In this document: positions 39,815 to 50,910 of the stretch, one piece after another
How positions within the stretch are numbered: position 1 is the stretch's first letter
How the letters are laid out: every line of letters begins with the position of its first letter
Assembly: GCF_036383055.1 (NCBI RefSeq)
Contig: NZ_DASVPC010000195.1
Direction: 5' to 3' (one strand)
Length of the DNA stretch: 64,000 bases
DNA from: Rhizobium sp.
Lineage (GTDB): Bacteria > Pseudomonadota > Alphaproteobacteria > Rhizobiales > Rhizobiaceae
The notes under the pieces: model-generated
The model's database searches: none
The model's input: only the letters and a program-made list of their open reading frames with translations
Told to the model about the DNA's origin: nothing
Made by a program: the position numbers and the translations under genes

Positions 39815-40621
39815 CTAGAGCCAGTACGCAATTCGGCCGCGATAGCGATTGAAGAGGACCATCGTCACGGTCCAGCCGACAACAGCAAGCAGCAGCGAAA
39901 CGAGCCAGTTGAGACCCGATGGCATCGTGCCGAGCAGGGGATTTCGGATGAGCGCCATGAAGTGGGAGAAGGGATTGAAATTGAGCAAAATAAAGCCGGC
40001 GCGGCTGCTGATATGATCCGGCATCCACATAATCGGCGTCACATACATACCGACCTGCATGACATTCTGAATAATCTGGGAAAGATCGCGATACCGTGTG
40101 CAGAGGATGGCAACGAAAGTGACGATCCAAAGGATGTTCGCCGAGACAAGGATGAATCCAGGTATGAAGAGCAGGCTCTCCAAAGGCGGATACTTGAGGA
40201 AAATCGCGAGCACGAGCGGAAATATGACGAGATTATGCGCTACGATGATCGTATTTCGCCACCATGTTCTCATGACATAGGTAAAAAATGGGATCGGCAG
40301 CTGAAGAATCGTTTCACCGTTTGAAATGAAGGTCGTGCAACCCTCATTGATGGTTTGCGAGAAATAGGTCCAGAATATCAAGCCAACACAGATGAAGGGG
40401 AGGAACTCCGACATCGGCGACTTAAAGATTGCACCGAAGACGAGACCCATGGCACCGATGAGCACGCCCATGTTGATCGTCAACCAGAAGGCGCCGACCC
40501 TCGACCGCCTGTAACGCTGCGCAACATCCTGCCAGCCCAACATTCCCGCGAGATGAAAATTGCGCACGGCATTCGCGACGTCCTCCGACGCCGTCGAGTC
40601 GTTCGTAATGGGTTTACTCAT
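39815..40621 (-). CDS. wzm: Polysaccharide ABC exporter permease (ABC-2 type)
   Basis: Six-TM ABC-2-type membrane protein immediately upstream of wzt. Confidence 0.85.
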   Translation of the reverse strand: MSKPITNDSTASEDVANAVRNFHLAGMLGWQDVAQRYRRSRVGAFWLTINMGVLIGAMGLVFGAIFKSPMSEFLPFICVGLIFWTYFSQTINEGCTTFISNGETILQLPIPFFTYVMRTWWRNTIIVAHNLVIFPLVLAIFLKYPPLESLLFIPGFILVSANILWIVTFVAILCTRYRDLSQIIQNVMQVGMYVTPIMWMPDHISSRAGFILLNFNPFSHFMALIRNPLLGTMPSGLNWLVSLLLAVVGWTVTMVLFNRYRGRIAYWL

Positions 40622-40883
40622 AAGGATGATGCGACTCCTTTTCCATGTCGTGCCCGGCTTTGATCATCGAATCTGGCCGATAACATGGCCAGAATTGCCG
40701 GATGTGCTCTTTCACAGGTTCAACCTAGCTAACGCTTCAAAGCCGGTCCCGCGCGATAAATCAAGTCCGCTGGAAACCTCATTTCGGTACCACGACGAAA
40801 TTCCGTCCCTAGTTCGCGCTTCATCAATCCCGGCAACCCGGAACATCATCGACGATCGCGACAAAGGATCTCTCTTTTCCAAG

Positions 40884-42101
40884 TTAGATCTTGCTGCGCA
40901 AGAACCCTGCAACCTTGTCGGCTTCCGCTTCCCAGCTCACCGACCGGCTGAACCGCAGAGCGGCATCCACCCGTTCCTTTACCTGCTCCGGATTGACAAG
41001 GACATTGATCAAAGCCGCCGCGATACCGTCGACGGTCATGTCGCAATAGATCGCATGGTCCCGCGACAACAGCCAATTGGAATGCGGCCCGTCATTCATG
41101 ACAACAGGCCGGGCACAGGCTGCAACCTCCAGCGGCATGAGCGACAGGTTTGTCGCCGACAGGATCAAACCGACATCACTTTGCGAGATGAGTTCCGGCA
41201 GATCCTCGACACTGACGGTGCCACGATTCTGGTGTGGAAAGTCGATATCAAAATTGCTGACATCCCAACCGTAAAAGATCACCTCCGCCTCAGGCACCAC
41301 GGCGCATACCTTCTTCAAGGCGAGAAGCCCGAGCTCGAAACAGCGGCGTTGCGTCACGGGGCGCGCATAGAAGGAGATCCGCTTCTTATCGGTGGCCAGC
41401 TTCGGGCGCGGAACATAATGATCGGTGTCGCAGGCGAAACTATAGGAGAATGTCTCCATACCGTATTCGTCCGCCAATTTCTGCGCGAGCCACGGACCGG
41501 CAGTCACACCGGTGAGGCCGAGCCGGTAGGTATTCTCCGCAAAATAATATTCACTGCCCAGTGGATTGAAGAAGGGCTCGAAGTCCTGAACGAAATAGAT
41601 GCGGTGAACGGCATCCTTGTATTTCGCGACCCAATAGGCGGTCTGCCAACCGGTAGCCATCAGGAAGTGGCTGGGTTCGATCGACCGCACACCCAGCGAG
41701 ACCGTGACGTTGACGCCACCGAAAGAGCGGGCGATCGCCGCTTGTGCATCCGCGGCCGACAACCAGCGATGCGGTTCGGCGATGACGATGTGCTGGTTCG
41801 CGAATCCACGTTTCTGTAGCAGGCCGATCATGCGGAAGATGTTGATATGACCGCCGGACTGCGCTTCGAAATCCGGAATCACCCAGGTCATCGAATTCCA
41901 TGGCAGGTTTTCAGGCGTCAGCTTCAGCCCAAACCCCTGCTCCTCTCCCAGGATGGATTCGTAATAGCTGATGGTATCGCTTCTAAGCGCCATAGAGGCC
42001 GGATTGATGCCCAGGAGCCTGTTACGCACCTTTCGGGCGGCAACGCGATATCCGTCCCGCTTCATGACGGCCGCCAGACGCCTGACATTATGATAGAGCA
42101 T
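40884..42101 (-). CDS. Glycosyltransferase, WsaF-like (putative rhamnosyltransferase)
   Basis: MTWVIPDFEAQSGGHINIFRMIGLL N-terminal motif and a GT-B-like C-terminal half. Confidence 0.7.
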   Translation of the reverse strand: MLYHNVRRLAAVMKRDGYRVAARKVRNRLLGINPASMALRSDTISYYESILGEEQGFGLKLTPENLPWNSMTWVIPDFEAQSGGHINIFRMIGLLQKRGFANQHIVIAEPHRWLSAADAQAAIARSFGGVNVTVSLGVRSIEPSHFLMATGWQTAYWVAKYKDAVHRIYFVQDFEPFFNPLGSEYYFAENTYRLGLTGVTAGPWLAQKLADEYGMETFSYSFACDTDHYVPRPKLATDKKRISFYARPVTQRRCFELGLLALKKVCAVVPEAEVIFYGWDVSNFDIDFPHQNRGTVSVEDLPELISQSDVGLILSATNLSLMPLEVAACARPVVMNDGPHSNWLLSRDHAIYCDMTVDGIAAALINVLVNPEQVKERVDAALRFSRSVSWEAEADKVAGFLRSKI

Positions 42102-42142
42102 AAGAAAAAGGACCTTGTATTGTTCCCGGGTATTGTTCTGGG

Positions 42143-43141
42143 CTATTGCGCCTGGATCTTCTGATCGCGCGAGAGTAGCTGCACATGCCGCGCTGTGTCC
42201 GATCGCGTCGTTCCGAGATAATGACCAATCTGGCGCGCGCAGTTATCGAACGGCATCAGCAGCGTCAAAATCGGATATTTCCATATCCAGCCATTGGCAA
42301 CCGCATTGCGGAAATCGCGAATGGTAGAGAAAACCGCCCGCCGCAGCCCTTGCTTCTTCGATGCGCAAATGCGGTAGCCGAAATACCGGCGAAAAGCGCT
42401 GGCTTCATCGAAGCTGCGCTGCACTCTTTCCCATAAGGTGAATTCATGGGAATGGGCCACCACCGAATTCCAGGCGAAGGCTTTCGTATAGCCCGCCTCG
42501 ACGATCGTCTTCGCCCAAAGCTGGTCTTCGGCAAAATTGACGTCGGGATAGGGAAATCGCTCCCATACCGATTTACGCAGGCAAGACGAGTTGTCGGAAT
42601 AAAAATGGTAGACTTGGCGCAGCCCCTCATTGCGGAAATATTCCCTGGCGTCGTCAAGCTTTACCCTCGGCCAGTTGTTAAGACCGCCGAAATGAGCCTC
42701 AAGCTCCCATTTGGTAAAAGGCGAAGCACCGGGGGATGCGACATGGCGCCCGAAGACACCAGCGACGTCGTCATCCTCACGCAAGGGTTTTATCAGCTCG
42801 GCCAGCCAATATTTGTCCATCGGCACGGCATCATGGGTGAGAAAGGCGCAGAACTTACCGCGAGAATGCTGAACGCCCAAATTTCGCGTTTTCCCATGCC
42901 CGAAACTCTTGGGGTCGATCTCTATCAGTCGAAATCTGGGATCATCCGCAGGTATGGCCTGCTTGGAACCATCTTTGGAGCCTGAATCGATGACGATGAC
43001 CTCGAACGGCGCATCCAGTTCCTGCGCTCGAACCATATCCACGACGGTATTGAACGTCGGCAGCCCATTCTTCACCGGAATGATGATGGAAACCAGCGGT
43101 TCTTCAGAGGATAAGGGAGCTAGAGACGATGCTTCGTTCAT
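42143..43141 (-). CDS. Family 2 glycosyltransferase
   Basis: VSIIIPVKNGLPTF...EVIVIDSGSKDGS and a ..THDAV.. DxD-like region. Confidence 0.85.
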   Translation of the reverse strand: MNEASSLAPLSSEEPLVSIIIPVKNGLPTFNTVVDMVRAQELDAPFEVIVIDSGSKDGSKQAIPADDPRFRLIEIDPKSFGHGKTRNLGVQHSRGKFCAFLTHDAVPMDKYWLAELIKPLREDDDVAGVFGRHVASPGASPFTKWELEAHFGGLNNWPRVKLDDAREYFRNEGLRQVYHFYSDNSSCLRKSVWERFPYPDVNFAEDQLWAKTIVEAGYTKAFAWNSVVAHSHEFTLWERVQRSFDEASAFRRYFGYRICASKKQGLRRAVFSTIRDFRNAVANGWIWKYPILTLLMPFDNCARQIGHYLGTTRSDTARHVQLLSRDQKIQAQ

Positions 43142-43246
43142 TCAGTGTCCTACTCCGCACTCATGCGAGGAATTCGGCAAGATACCGATCAAACGACCAT
43201 TTGCGTTTGCCGGTACGACCATTGCCTTCGATGATGGGACAGCGGA

Positions 43247-43795
43247 TCAATCGAATACCTCAGCATCCGCCAGCAGCGGCTGCCGCTCATCCTTGGCGGA
43301 AAGCGTGAGCGGACCTACGGTTTTCCAGTCAATGGCGATCTTCGGATCGTCCCAGCGAATCCCACGGTCGCTCGTCGGAGCATAGTAGTTGGTAGTCTTG
43401 TAGAGGAATTCGACACGGTCGCTCAGCGTCAGGAATCCATGGGCAAAGCCTTCCGGGATCCAAAGCTGGCGCTTGTTTTCCTCCGACAGCAGAACGCCGA
43501 CCCACTTGCCGAATGTCGGGGACGAACGCCTGATGTCGACGGCGAGATCATAGACCTCTCCGACGACGACCCGGACGAGCTTGGCTTGCGCATGCGGCGG
43601 CAACTGATAGTGCAGGCCGCGCAGCACCCCCTCGCCCGATCGGCTATGGTTGTCCTGCACGAAAGCGGCGCTTCGCCCTATCGCTGCTTCGAACTTGGCC
43701 TGGTTGAAGCTCTCAAGGAAAAATCCGCGATCATCGGCAAACACCGCGGGTTCGATGATCTTGACGTCCGGTATGGCGGTATCGATGGCTTTCAT
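43247..43795 (-). CDS. rfbC: dTDP-4-dehydrorhamnose 3,5-epimerase
   Basis: MKAIDTAIPDVKIIEPAVFADDRGFFLESFN...VLRGLHYQ...GFAHGF. The track's N-terminal extension to 43993 overlaps rfbA and was removed. Confidence 0.95.
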   Translation of the reverse strand: MKAIDTAIPDVKIIEPAVFADDRGFFLESFNQAKFEAAIGRSAAFVQDNHSRSGEGVLRGLHYQLPPHAQAKLVRVVVGEVYDLAVDIRRSSPTFGKWVGVLLSEENKRQLWIPEGFAHGFLTLSDRVEFLYKTTNYYAPTSDRGIRWDDPKIAIDWKTVGPLTLSAKDERQPLLADAEVFD

Positions 43796-43863
43796 GTGTC
43801 TTTCCTGCTTCACGCTGCCGGCATTCGACAGGCCAACTCCACGCAACTCGACCGAGTGCGCCG

Positions 43864-44751
43864 TTAAAATATCTGTTCCCGGAGAATTCCCAGAAGATAC
43901 TGCCCATAGGAGTTCTTCTTCAGCGGCTCGGCGAGCGCCTCCACTTGGGAAGCATCGATCCAATGGCTCCGGTAGGCAATTTCCTCGGGGCAAGCGACTT
44001 TCAGCCCCTGCCGGCTTTCGATGGTGGCGATGTAATGGCTCGCCTCCAGCATCGATTCATGCGTGCCGGTGTCGAGCCAGGCATAGCCGCGGCCCATCGT
44101 CTGTACATCCAGCTGCCCGGCACTCAGGTAGTGCACATTGACGTCGGTAATTTCCAATTCGCCGCGGGGAGAAGGGCGGATCGACTTTGCGACGTCGACA
44201 ACATCGGCGTCGTAGAAATAGAGCCCGGTAACGGCGTAGTTGCTCTTCGGAACCTTCGGCTTTTCCTCAAGGCTGATCGCACGGCCCTGCTGATCGAATT
44301 CGACCACGCCATAGCGGTGCGGATCATGCACATGATAGGCAAAGACGGTGGCGCCAGCCTCCTTGTCGCTCGCCTGATGGAGCAGCTTGGCGAAATCGTG
44401 CCCGTAGAAGATATTGTCACCCAGCACCAGGGCGGACGGGGCGCCATCGAGGAATTCCTCGCCGATGAGAAACGCCTGGGCAAGGCCGTCTGGGCTAGGC
44501 TGGACCGCATACTCAAGCTTGATACCCCACTGGCTTCCGTCCTTCAGCAGCTGCTCGAAGCGCGGCGTATCCTGCGGTGTCGAAATAATGAGAATTTCGC
44601 GAATACCCGCCAACATCAAAGTCGTCAGCGGATAGTAAATCATCGGCTTGTCGTAGATCGGCAAAAGCTGCTTGCTGACCGCAAGGGTCGCCGGATAGAG
44701 GCGTGTGCCGGACCCGCCTGCGAGGATGATGCCTTTACGTGCTTTGGTCAT
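43864..44751 (-). CDS. rfbA: Glucose-1-phosphate thymidylyltransferase
   Basis: [37 protein letters not shown]. Confidence 0.95.
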   Translation of the reverse strand: MTKARKGIILAGGSGTRLYPATLAVSKQLLPIYDKPMIYYPLTTLMLAGIREILIISTPQDTPRFEQLLKDGSQWGIKLEYAVQPSPDGLAQAFLIGEEFLDGAPSALVLGDNIFYGHDFAKLLHQASDKEAGATVFAYHVHDPHRYGVVEFDQQGRAISLEEKPKVPKSNYAVTGLYFYDADVVDVAKSIRPSPRGELEITDVNVHYLSAGQLDVQTMGRGYAWLDTGTHESMLEASHYIATIESRQGLKVACPEEIAYRSHWIDASQVEALAEPLKKNSYGQYLLGILREQIF

Positions 44752-44834
44752 TGTCTAGCGTCTCGTCTTGATTTCGTTTTACAGTCGCTTAACCCGTCAG
44801 TTGCAACCGATAAATTTGACAAACCTTGCGCATA

Positions 44835-45734
44835 TCAATGCGCGGCGGGTACAAGTCTCTCGATGACGCCATTTACGCCCTCCTGCCATGCGGGAAGAGG
44901 CAAGTCAAAGCAATCCATGAGCTTGGTGCAGTTCAGTCTCGAATTCTGCGGGCGCTTCGCCGGTGTCGGATAGTCGACGGTCGGGATCGGCTTGAGAGCC
45001 TCGAGCGTGAGTGCAAGCTTGACGTTCCTCGCCGAGACCTCGCGGACAATATGTGCCGCGTAGCCATGCCAGGACGTATTGCCTTGCGCGCTCAGATGAT
45101 AGGTGCCCGAGACATCCGGCGCTTCGGGACCGCTGACAAACTCGACGACCCTGCGCGTAACGTCGGCGATCAGCGCCGCCGATGTCGGCGCCCCGACCTG
45201 ATCAGCGACGATGTTCAGGGAGCTGCGCTCCTGCGCGAGACGCAGGATGGTCTTGAGGAAATTGTTGCCGTGATGGCCATAGACCCAACTTGTCCGCAGG
45301 ATGGCGTGACGAGCGCCGGAGGAGCGAACCGCCTCCTCGCCCAGCCACTTGCTTTCGCCATAGACCGACTGCGGGTTGACCGGATCGGTCTCGACATAGG
45401 CATCGGCCTTGGTGCCGTCGAAGACATAATCGGTCGAGTAATGTACGAGATAGGCGCCGTTGTCGGCAGCCCAGCGCGCCATCACGCCCGGTGCCGCCGC
45501 ATTCACCGCCATCGCCTGCTCTCTCTCGCTCTCCGCGCGATCGACAGCGGTATAGGCTGCGGGGTTCACAATGATGCTTGGCTTATGTGCCTCAAGCACC
45601 AAGAGAATGCTTGCCTCGCTCGCCAGATCCATCTCGGCGCGCGTAACTGCCGCGACTGTACCCCATGATGCGAGAGAACGCTGTAATTCGAAACCGACTT
45701 GCCCATTGGCGCCGGTGACCAGGATCGAGCTCAC
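44835..45734 (-). CDS. rfbD: dTDP-4-dehydrorhamnose reductase
   Basis: [11 protein letters not shown] ... YGESK. The GTG start overlaps the rfbB stop (GTGA). Confidence 0.9.
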   Translation of the reverse strand: MSSILVTGANGQVGFELQRSLASWGTVAAVTRAEMDLASEASILLVLEAHKPSIIVNPAAYTAVDRAESEREQAMAVNAAAPGVMARWAADNGAYLVHYSTDYVFDGTKADAYVETDPVNPQSVYGESKWLGEEAVRSSGARHAILRTSWVYGHHGNNFLKTILRLAQERSSLNIVADQVGAPTSAALIADVTRRVVEFVSGPEAPDVSGTYHLSAQGNTSWHGYAAHIVREVSARNVKLALTLEALKPIPTVDYPTPAKRPQNSRLNCTKLMDCFDLPLPAWQEGVNGVIERLVPAAH

Positions 45735-46798
45735 GGCTGAACCTCATATTGCTTGCCCACCCATTCGCGATAGGCACCGCTGGTGACATTCTTCACCCAA
45801 TCCTCATTGGCGAGATACCACTCGATCGTCTTGCGAATGCCGGTCTCGAACGTTTCCTCCGGCTTCCAGCCCAATTCGCGCTCGAGCTTGCGCGCATCGA
45901 TCGCATAACGGCGATCATGGCCGGGTCTGTCCTTCACGAAGGCGATCTGGTCCTTGTAGCGGCTACCGCCAGCCTTCGGCCGCAACTCGTCGAGAATGGC
46001 GCAGATCGTATGCACCACATCCAGATTGGGCTTCTCATTCCAACCGCCGACATTATAGGTTTCGCCGACCATGCCCGCTTGAAGCACGCGGCGAATGGCG
46101 CTGCAGTGATCCTTGACATAGAGCCAATCGCGGATCTGCTGGCCGTCGCCATAGATCGGCAGGCTCTTGCCCGACAGCGCATTCAGGATCACCAGGGGGA
46201 TCAGCTTCTCGGGGAAATGATAAGGGCCATAATTATTGCTGCAGTTCGTAGTCACGACCGGCAAGCCATAGGTGTGATGCCAGGCGCGCACGAGATGGTC
46301 GGACGCCGCCTTGCTCGCGGAATAGGGGCTGTTCGGCTCATACCGGTTGAGCTCGTTGAACGGCGCGTCTTCCTTGGAAAGCGTGCCATAGACTTCATCG
46401 GTCGAAACATGCAGGAAGCGGAACGCCTGCTTCTCCTCGCCGGGCAGGCCGTCCCAGTAACTACGGACCGATTCCAGCAGGTTGAACGTCCCCACCACAT
46501 TCGTCTGAATGAAATCGCCAGGCCCGTGAATGGAGCGGTCGACATGGCTTTCGGCGGCGAAATTGAGGACGGCGCGGGGCTTGTGCATGGCCAGCAGATT
46601 GCCGGTCAGATCGCGATCGCCGATATCGCCATGAACGAAGACATGACGGTTATTGCCGTTCAGCCCCTTCAGCGTATCCAGATTGCCGGCATAAGTCAGC
46701 TTGTCGAGATTGATGACCGCCTCATCGAAGTGTTTCAACCAGTCGAGAACAAAATTCCCGCCGATGAAGCCGGCACCCCCGGAAACCAATATCGTCAT
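45731..46798 (-). CDS. rfbB: dTDP-glucose 4,6-dehydratase
   Basis: [17 protein letters not shown]...HVSTDEVYG...[16 protein letters not shown]. The track ORF extension to 46903 was removed. Confidence 0.95.
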   Translation of the reverse strand: MTILVSGGAGFIGGNFVLDWLKHFDEAVINLDKLTYAGNLDTLKGLNGNNRHVFVHGDIGDRDLTGNLLAMHKPRAVLNFAAESHVDRSIHGPGDFIQTNVVGTFNLLESVRSYWDGLPGEEKQAFRFLHVSTDEVYGTLSKEDAPFNELNRYEPNSPYSASKAASDHLVRAWHHTYGLPVVTTNCSNNYGPYHFPEKLIPLVILNALSGKSLPIYGDGQQIRDWLYVKDHCSAIRRVLQAGMVGETYNVGGWNEKPNLDVVHTICAILDELRPKAGGSRYKDQIAFVKDRPGHDRRYAIDARKLERELGWKPEETFETGIRKTIEWYLANEDWVKNVTSGAYREWVGKQYEVQP

Positions 46799-46815
46799 TT
46801 CGCTTCTATTCCCAC

Positions 46816-47754
46816 CTAGACTTGTCTTAATACAACCGCGGCCACGAGGCCTATATTGCCGAGAAATGTTTGGCGATGAAGGCCAGACTTGTACAACGTC
46901 CACAAACGCTTTGGAAAGCCTTGCCTCCGGATTTGCTTAAATTGTTCCAGCGTCTTGATATTTTCGCCCGTCAGAAGGTGCTCTATCGATTTCAGCGCAT
47001 CAAGATTCTGGGTATTCCAGCTCCGGAACTGGCTCCTGGTCAACATGCGAAGCCGCCGGATGCGCGCGCGCCAGCCGGAATTGGAACCGACCAGATTGCT
47101 TCCATGCTGGCGATAATCGATCGGCGGCAGGGGGTCGTAGCGGATATGTCCGCCGGCGCCGGCGATGACCATATAGGCCCACCAATCGTGGCTGGCGACC
47201 GTGACGTCAGACCCCGCCGCCAACAGCACGCGCCGGGCGGTATCGTTCATGACGATGGTATTGCCGCCGCCAATGCTCTGTACCAGCGCGTTCGAAAATG
47301 ACGGCCGCCGTGCAAACAGCGGTGATTCACCGACCGATCCACCGCTTTCGTCGACAATATGCGTCCGCGAACAGTAAAGCGCGGGGACATCCGCAGGCTG
47401 ACTTTGCAGCCAGGCAAGCGCTCTCTCGAGCTTGTCGGTATGCCAGATGTCGTCCTGATCGGCAAAACTGTAAAAATCGGCAGAGATAGCCGGATTGCAG
47501 GCAAGAGCGAGGAAATTGCGGATAAAGCCTTTTCGCGGCCCCGCCACGACATGAATCGGCGCCCCGCGCTCCCTTTGGAAGTCCTCGACAATGCTCAAGG
47601 TGCGATCGGTGGAACCGTCGTCCGAAACCCAGAGCTCCCAGTCTCGATGCGTTTGAGCGAAAAACGATTCCATCTGTTCGGAGATAAATCGCTCTCCCTG
47701 AAATGTGCCCATGAGAATGGCAACGTGGCTGTTCATGCGCCCCACAACAGTCAT
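46816..47754 (-). CDS. Family 2 glycosyltransferase (first gene of the rfb operon)
   Basis: [42 protein letters not shown] and ..FADQDDIW... Confidence 0.85.
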   Translation of the reverse strand: MTVVGRMNSHVAILMGTFQGERFISEQMESFFAQTHRDWELWVSDDGSTDRTLSIVEDFQRERGAPIHVVAGPRKGFIRNFLALACNPAISADFYSFADQDDIWHTDKLERALAWLQSQPADVPALYCSRTHIVDESGGSVGESPLFARRPSFSNALVQSIGGGNTIVMNDTARRVLLAAGSDVTVASHDWWAYMVIAGAGGHIRYDPLPPIDYRQHGSNLVGSNSGWRARIRRLRMLTRSQFRSWNTQNLDALKSIEHLLTGENIKTLEQFKQIRRQGFPKRLWTLYKSGLHRQTFLGNIGLVAAVVLRQV

Positions 47755-48093
47755 AAAAATCGAATTGCCCTATTATCCGCTGATGTGAACAAACACAACA
47801 CGGAGCATGGGCGGCAAGATTTGAAACGCAAAATCCGTCAATTACAAGGCGAAAGTCAAAGCTTCGCCACCAAAACCGTCGCTAAACATGGAACATGACG
47901 ATAGTCCGCAGCTATTATTCAAAGAGAGGATGTGCAAGCCAGGAAGTTTGATTTGGCTGGGGAACCTGGATTCTCACATGATTTCAATGGCTTAACGAGC
48001 TTTCCTTGAAATTCCCTTGTTTTTCCCACCGCGAGCGACCGTGGATGCCACCTTTGTGCCCTGGCTTTGGGCGTCAGTCAACAGCACGGGCGA

Positions 48094-48110
48094 GCGGCAA
48101 TAATTTCCGC
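48094..48110. repeat. 17-nt palindrome GCGGCAATAATTTCCGC (copy 1 of 2)
   Basis: Imperfect inverted repeat. It differs at one base from the perfect copy at 55824-55840, and both are preceded by TCAA(A)CAGC. Confidence 0.7.
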
Positions 48111-48435
48111 TATCGGAGGTCAAGTATACGGGGAGGCGGCCACAAAACGCCCAGCGGCTCTGCGCTCCCATTACGGTCATACGGGCTGCCTTCGCGGCTT
48201 CCCAAAAGCGGACATCCCGATCGATCAACGAGGCGGCATGTTTGTGCCAAGGCTTACCTTCGAGATGCGAGCAAGCTCAAGGCGCACCCATAGAAAGCCT
48301 TTCAGCAATCTGTCTCGCGAGCCAACCATTGCAGGCCGGACCAAGAGCCTTGACCAAGCCTTGGACTGAGATATCGCATCTGACAGCAACACCAACGGTG
48401 TTGCCGCGACCCCAATTGAATTTGCTCGTTTGAAG

Positions 48436-50910
48436 CTACTTGGCACCTTGCGATACTGTACATAGTCCCACAATCTCGGTAGCCGCGAGTTTGTGATGTG
48501 AAAGCTGTTTGGCCGCCTCCGCTGGATCTTTGAATCCTCCGGACGTCGCAAGCGATATCGAATAGGCGCGCACCGCGTCCCTCAGCCTTTTCAGCCCCGC
48601 CGAGTTCACTATCCGAATGTCGCTATGGGGCGACGCCGCATGTTCGAAGACCGTCTTCGGATGCACCATGATTGGCGTCGCCGTGCATGACTTGTCGTAT
48701 TTTTCGCCGAACCATACGATCGAGCCGTTGAGCTGGTTGGCATCACCCTTCGATATCTTGTCTGCTTGGACCGCGCCACTCTTGCACTCGATAACAAGAT
48801 ATTTGAGGCCGCCCAGCGCCCAGAGATTGTCGGGGCCACGTCCTACCTCGTCTTCCGGACGCTGTGATCCGAACCCAAGGAATTTTCCGAGATCCTTCAT
48901 TGCAGCCTCGAAGCGCTTCGAACCTTCTTCTCCCCAGTCCAGATCGTCCAGAAGGCCGTTCACCCAGATGATTAGGTCGTTCCCCTCAAGGAACTTCCCC
49001 ATGTAGGCCACTGCGGCAGAGCTTTGGCCCGAGGGTGGCGCATTGAGTTTTGTGTAAGTCGCGCCTGCAATTGGCTTCAGAAGCCGAGAATTCAGACTCA
49101 GCGCAGACAATTGAAGTTCCTGGGCCTTAGCAGCATCGATGAAGTTCGTGATTTCAGCCAATTGCTGTTTAAGAAAGCCCTTTTCTTGGGGGTCAGTGGC
49201 GGAGTTAACAGCTTCTTGGGCCTTGTCGATCGCCAAATCATATCTGCTGATCCGGACCGCATCGAATGCTTCGCGCATCTTAACTTGATGACCATCGAGA
49301 TGGCCGCCTTCGATGGGAAGGGCATTCACCACAGCATTGCGTCCGGCCTGCACCCAGTCATCATTCTGCTCGAGGCAGAGATCCAATATTGGCTCAAGGT
49401 CTGCGAGCGACTTCCCGCGAACCTGCTCAGCAACTGCTTTTCCGAGCGTAATCTGCGCACGTGTAGCTGCAGAGAACATGTCTTCGGCTTCTGGCTGATG
49501 AAGTCGTTGTGTAAGCTTCCCACCTAATAGAAGCACGACGCAGTGATCATCACTCGATCGCACACCGCGGCCCATGCCCTGCTCGATCCTCTGGATTTGG
49601 CGGACAAGTTGCTTCCGGGTCCCGTCGAGCAACAGCATCTCCGATCGTTCCGAAAGACCGTAGACTTCCGGAAGTCCGTCAATGACCAGAAGTTCGCAAG
49701 CCTCGCCTGGCAAGTCGATGCCGTCATATTTGTTTATGAGTACAGACAGACCCACGTGACCGTTCTTAAGCTTCTCGACGCCTTGTTGGATGTTATCCTT
49801 GTCCAGGATTTGGTGTGCCACATCTTTCCAGAAGGATGCCCGGCTTTTTGAAGGAACGATGATGACCACGTTGAGGTCGTCCGCGATGCTAGACACCATC
49901 GCTTTGATTTCTTCGACTGTGTATTCAGGATTTATCTCTTGCGGAGCCAGAATCATCCGATCGCCGATATCGCCGCCGCCCTTCGGCCGGATAGGCTTCG
50001 CAATCTCTTTGGGATCGGCCTGGAAATGACTGACAAGGATTGTGTCATCAGCCAAAGTGGCGGTCATGTAGATTCGGCGCTGGGCAGAGGCGAAAGAGGG
50101 AATGCGATCGATCGGGAGAAACCGCGGAGCAATCTCGAGCCGACCTCCTCCGAAAATGCATGTGCATAGCGGAATCGCTTCGCTCAACAACGGCCAATTC
50201 CATTCGAGCTCCTTACCGTTCCTATTAGCGTGCAGGATTCCCAGAACATCGTCCTGATGTGCCTGCCACGCCCAGTAGGGAACCGTAAGGACGGCATTCG
50301 GATCTTCCGCCTTCACGTCAAGAAGGGTTGTCGGTGATTGCGCCTTAAGATCCTCTTCGAATAGCGCAAGGAGACCGTCATACACCGGGCTTCCGGCTTT
50401 GGACTTCAAGCAGAACTGGTCGTTTACGCTGCTGAGACTTGCATGGGCATCGTCTATCACGACTACTCCGATTGGGATCTTTCTTTCTCCGACGCCAAAG
50501 ACTGTCCGTCCATTGATCAGCTTGTGGATGTTAGCAACCAGAATCGATCTGCCCGCGAGAAAGTCCGGATCTTTTTCGTCGTCCGTTGCCGCAATTCCAA
50601 GATCGCTCGCCTCTGCGATAACCTGCGAGACCAGGAAGTTATCTGGGGTGATATATACCGCCGGCTTCACATTTTCATTGAGCGAGCTCTGTAGGGACAG
50701 CAGACCGACAACGGTCTTTCCCCCACCGGTGTTCATCTTTATCGTCAGATCCTTCGCCGCTCGTCTTTCAAACCAGGCGTCAAGAACATCGGCTTGCTCG
50801 TCCAATGGGCGCTTGAACCGAGCATGCCGTTTCAGGGTTGTGAAGATTTTCCTTGGGTCGATCTGCTTCGCTGTCGTGCCAGCGTTTAATATGCCGAAAT
50901 CTAATGACAT
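48436..50910 (-). CDS. SF2 (DinG/Rad3-like) helicase fused to a C-terminal PD-(D/E)xK-type nuclease; candidate single-gene defence protein (Hna-like architecture)
   Basis: Motif I MNTGGGKT, motif II VVVIDDAHA and a motif VI-like QGMGRGVRSSDDHCVVLLLG. The C-terminal approx. 170 aa carry GPDNLW...YLVIECKSG (D...ExK). Confidence 0.8.
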   Translation of the reverse strand: MSLDFGILNAGTTAKQIDPRKIFTTLKRHARFKRPLDEQADVLDAWFERRAAKDLTIKMNTGGGKTVVGLLSLQSSLNENVKPAVYITPDNFLVSQVIAEASDLGIAATDDEKDPDFLAGRSILVANIHKLINGRTVFGVGERKIPIGVVVIDDAHASLSSVNDQFCLKSKAGSPVYDGLLALFEEDLKAQSPTTLLDVKAEDPNAVLTVPYWAWQAHQDDVLGILHANRNGKELEWNWPLLSEAIPLCTCIFGGGRLEIAPRFLPIDRIPSFASAQRRIYMTATLADDTILVSHFQADPKEIAKPIRPKGGGDIGDRMILAPQEINPEYTVEEIKAMVSSIADDLNVVIIVPSKSRASFWKDVAHQILDKDNIQQGVEKLKNGHVGLSVLINKYDGIDLPGEACELLVIDGLPEVYGLSERSEMLLLDGTRKQLVRQIQRIEQGMGRGVRSSDDHCVVLLLGGKLTQRLHQPEAEDMFSAATRAQITLGKAVAEQVRGKSLADLEPILDLCLEQNDDWVQAGRNAVVNALPIEGGHLDGHQVKMREAFDAVRISRYDLAIDKAQEAVNSATDPQEKGFLKQQLAEITNFIDAAKAQELQLSALSLNSRLLKPIAGATYTKLNAPPSGQSSAAVAYMGKFLEGNDLIIWVNGLLDDLDWGEEGSKRFEAAMKDLGKFLGFGSQRPEDEVGRGPDNLWALGGLKYLVIECKSGAVQADKISKGDANQLNGSIVWFGEKYDKSCTATPIMVHPKTVFEHAASPHSDIRIVNSAGLKRLRDAVRAYSISLATSGGFKDPAEAAKQLSHHKLAATEIVGLCTVSQGAK

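Noticed and set aside
43796-43993. 66-aa N-terminal extension of rfbC in the track ORF; similar extensions for rfbB (46799-46903), the sulfatase (26756-26878), the RbsA-like ATPase (23279-23335) and the RbsB-like protein (24284-24316)
   Set aside because: The extensions overlap upstream genes or lack similarity. The canonical family N-termini with RBSs lie at the internal ATGs.
47992-48551. Two minus-strand ORFs (47992-48228 and 48225-48551) that could be a frameshifted gene remnant at the island border
   Set aside because: They have TTG or poor starts and no RBS. One overlaps the helicase 3' end, and I recognise no family. This stays as an open question under the 47755-48435 junction finding, not as a feature.
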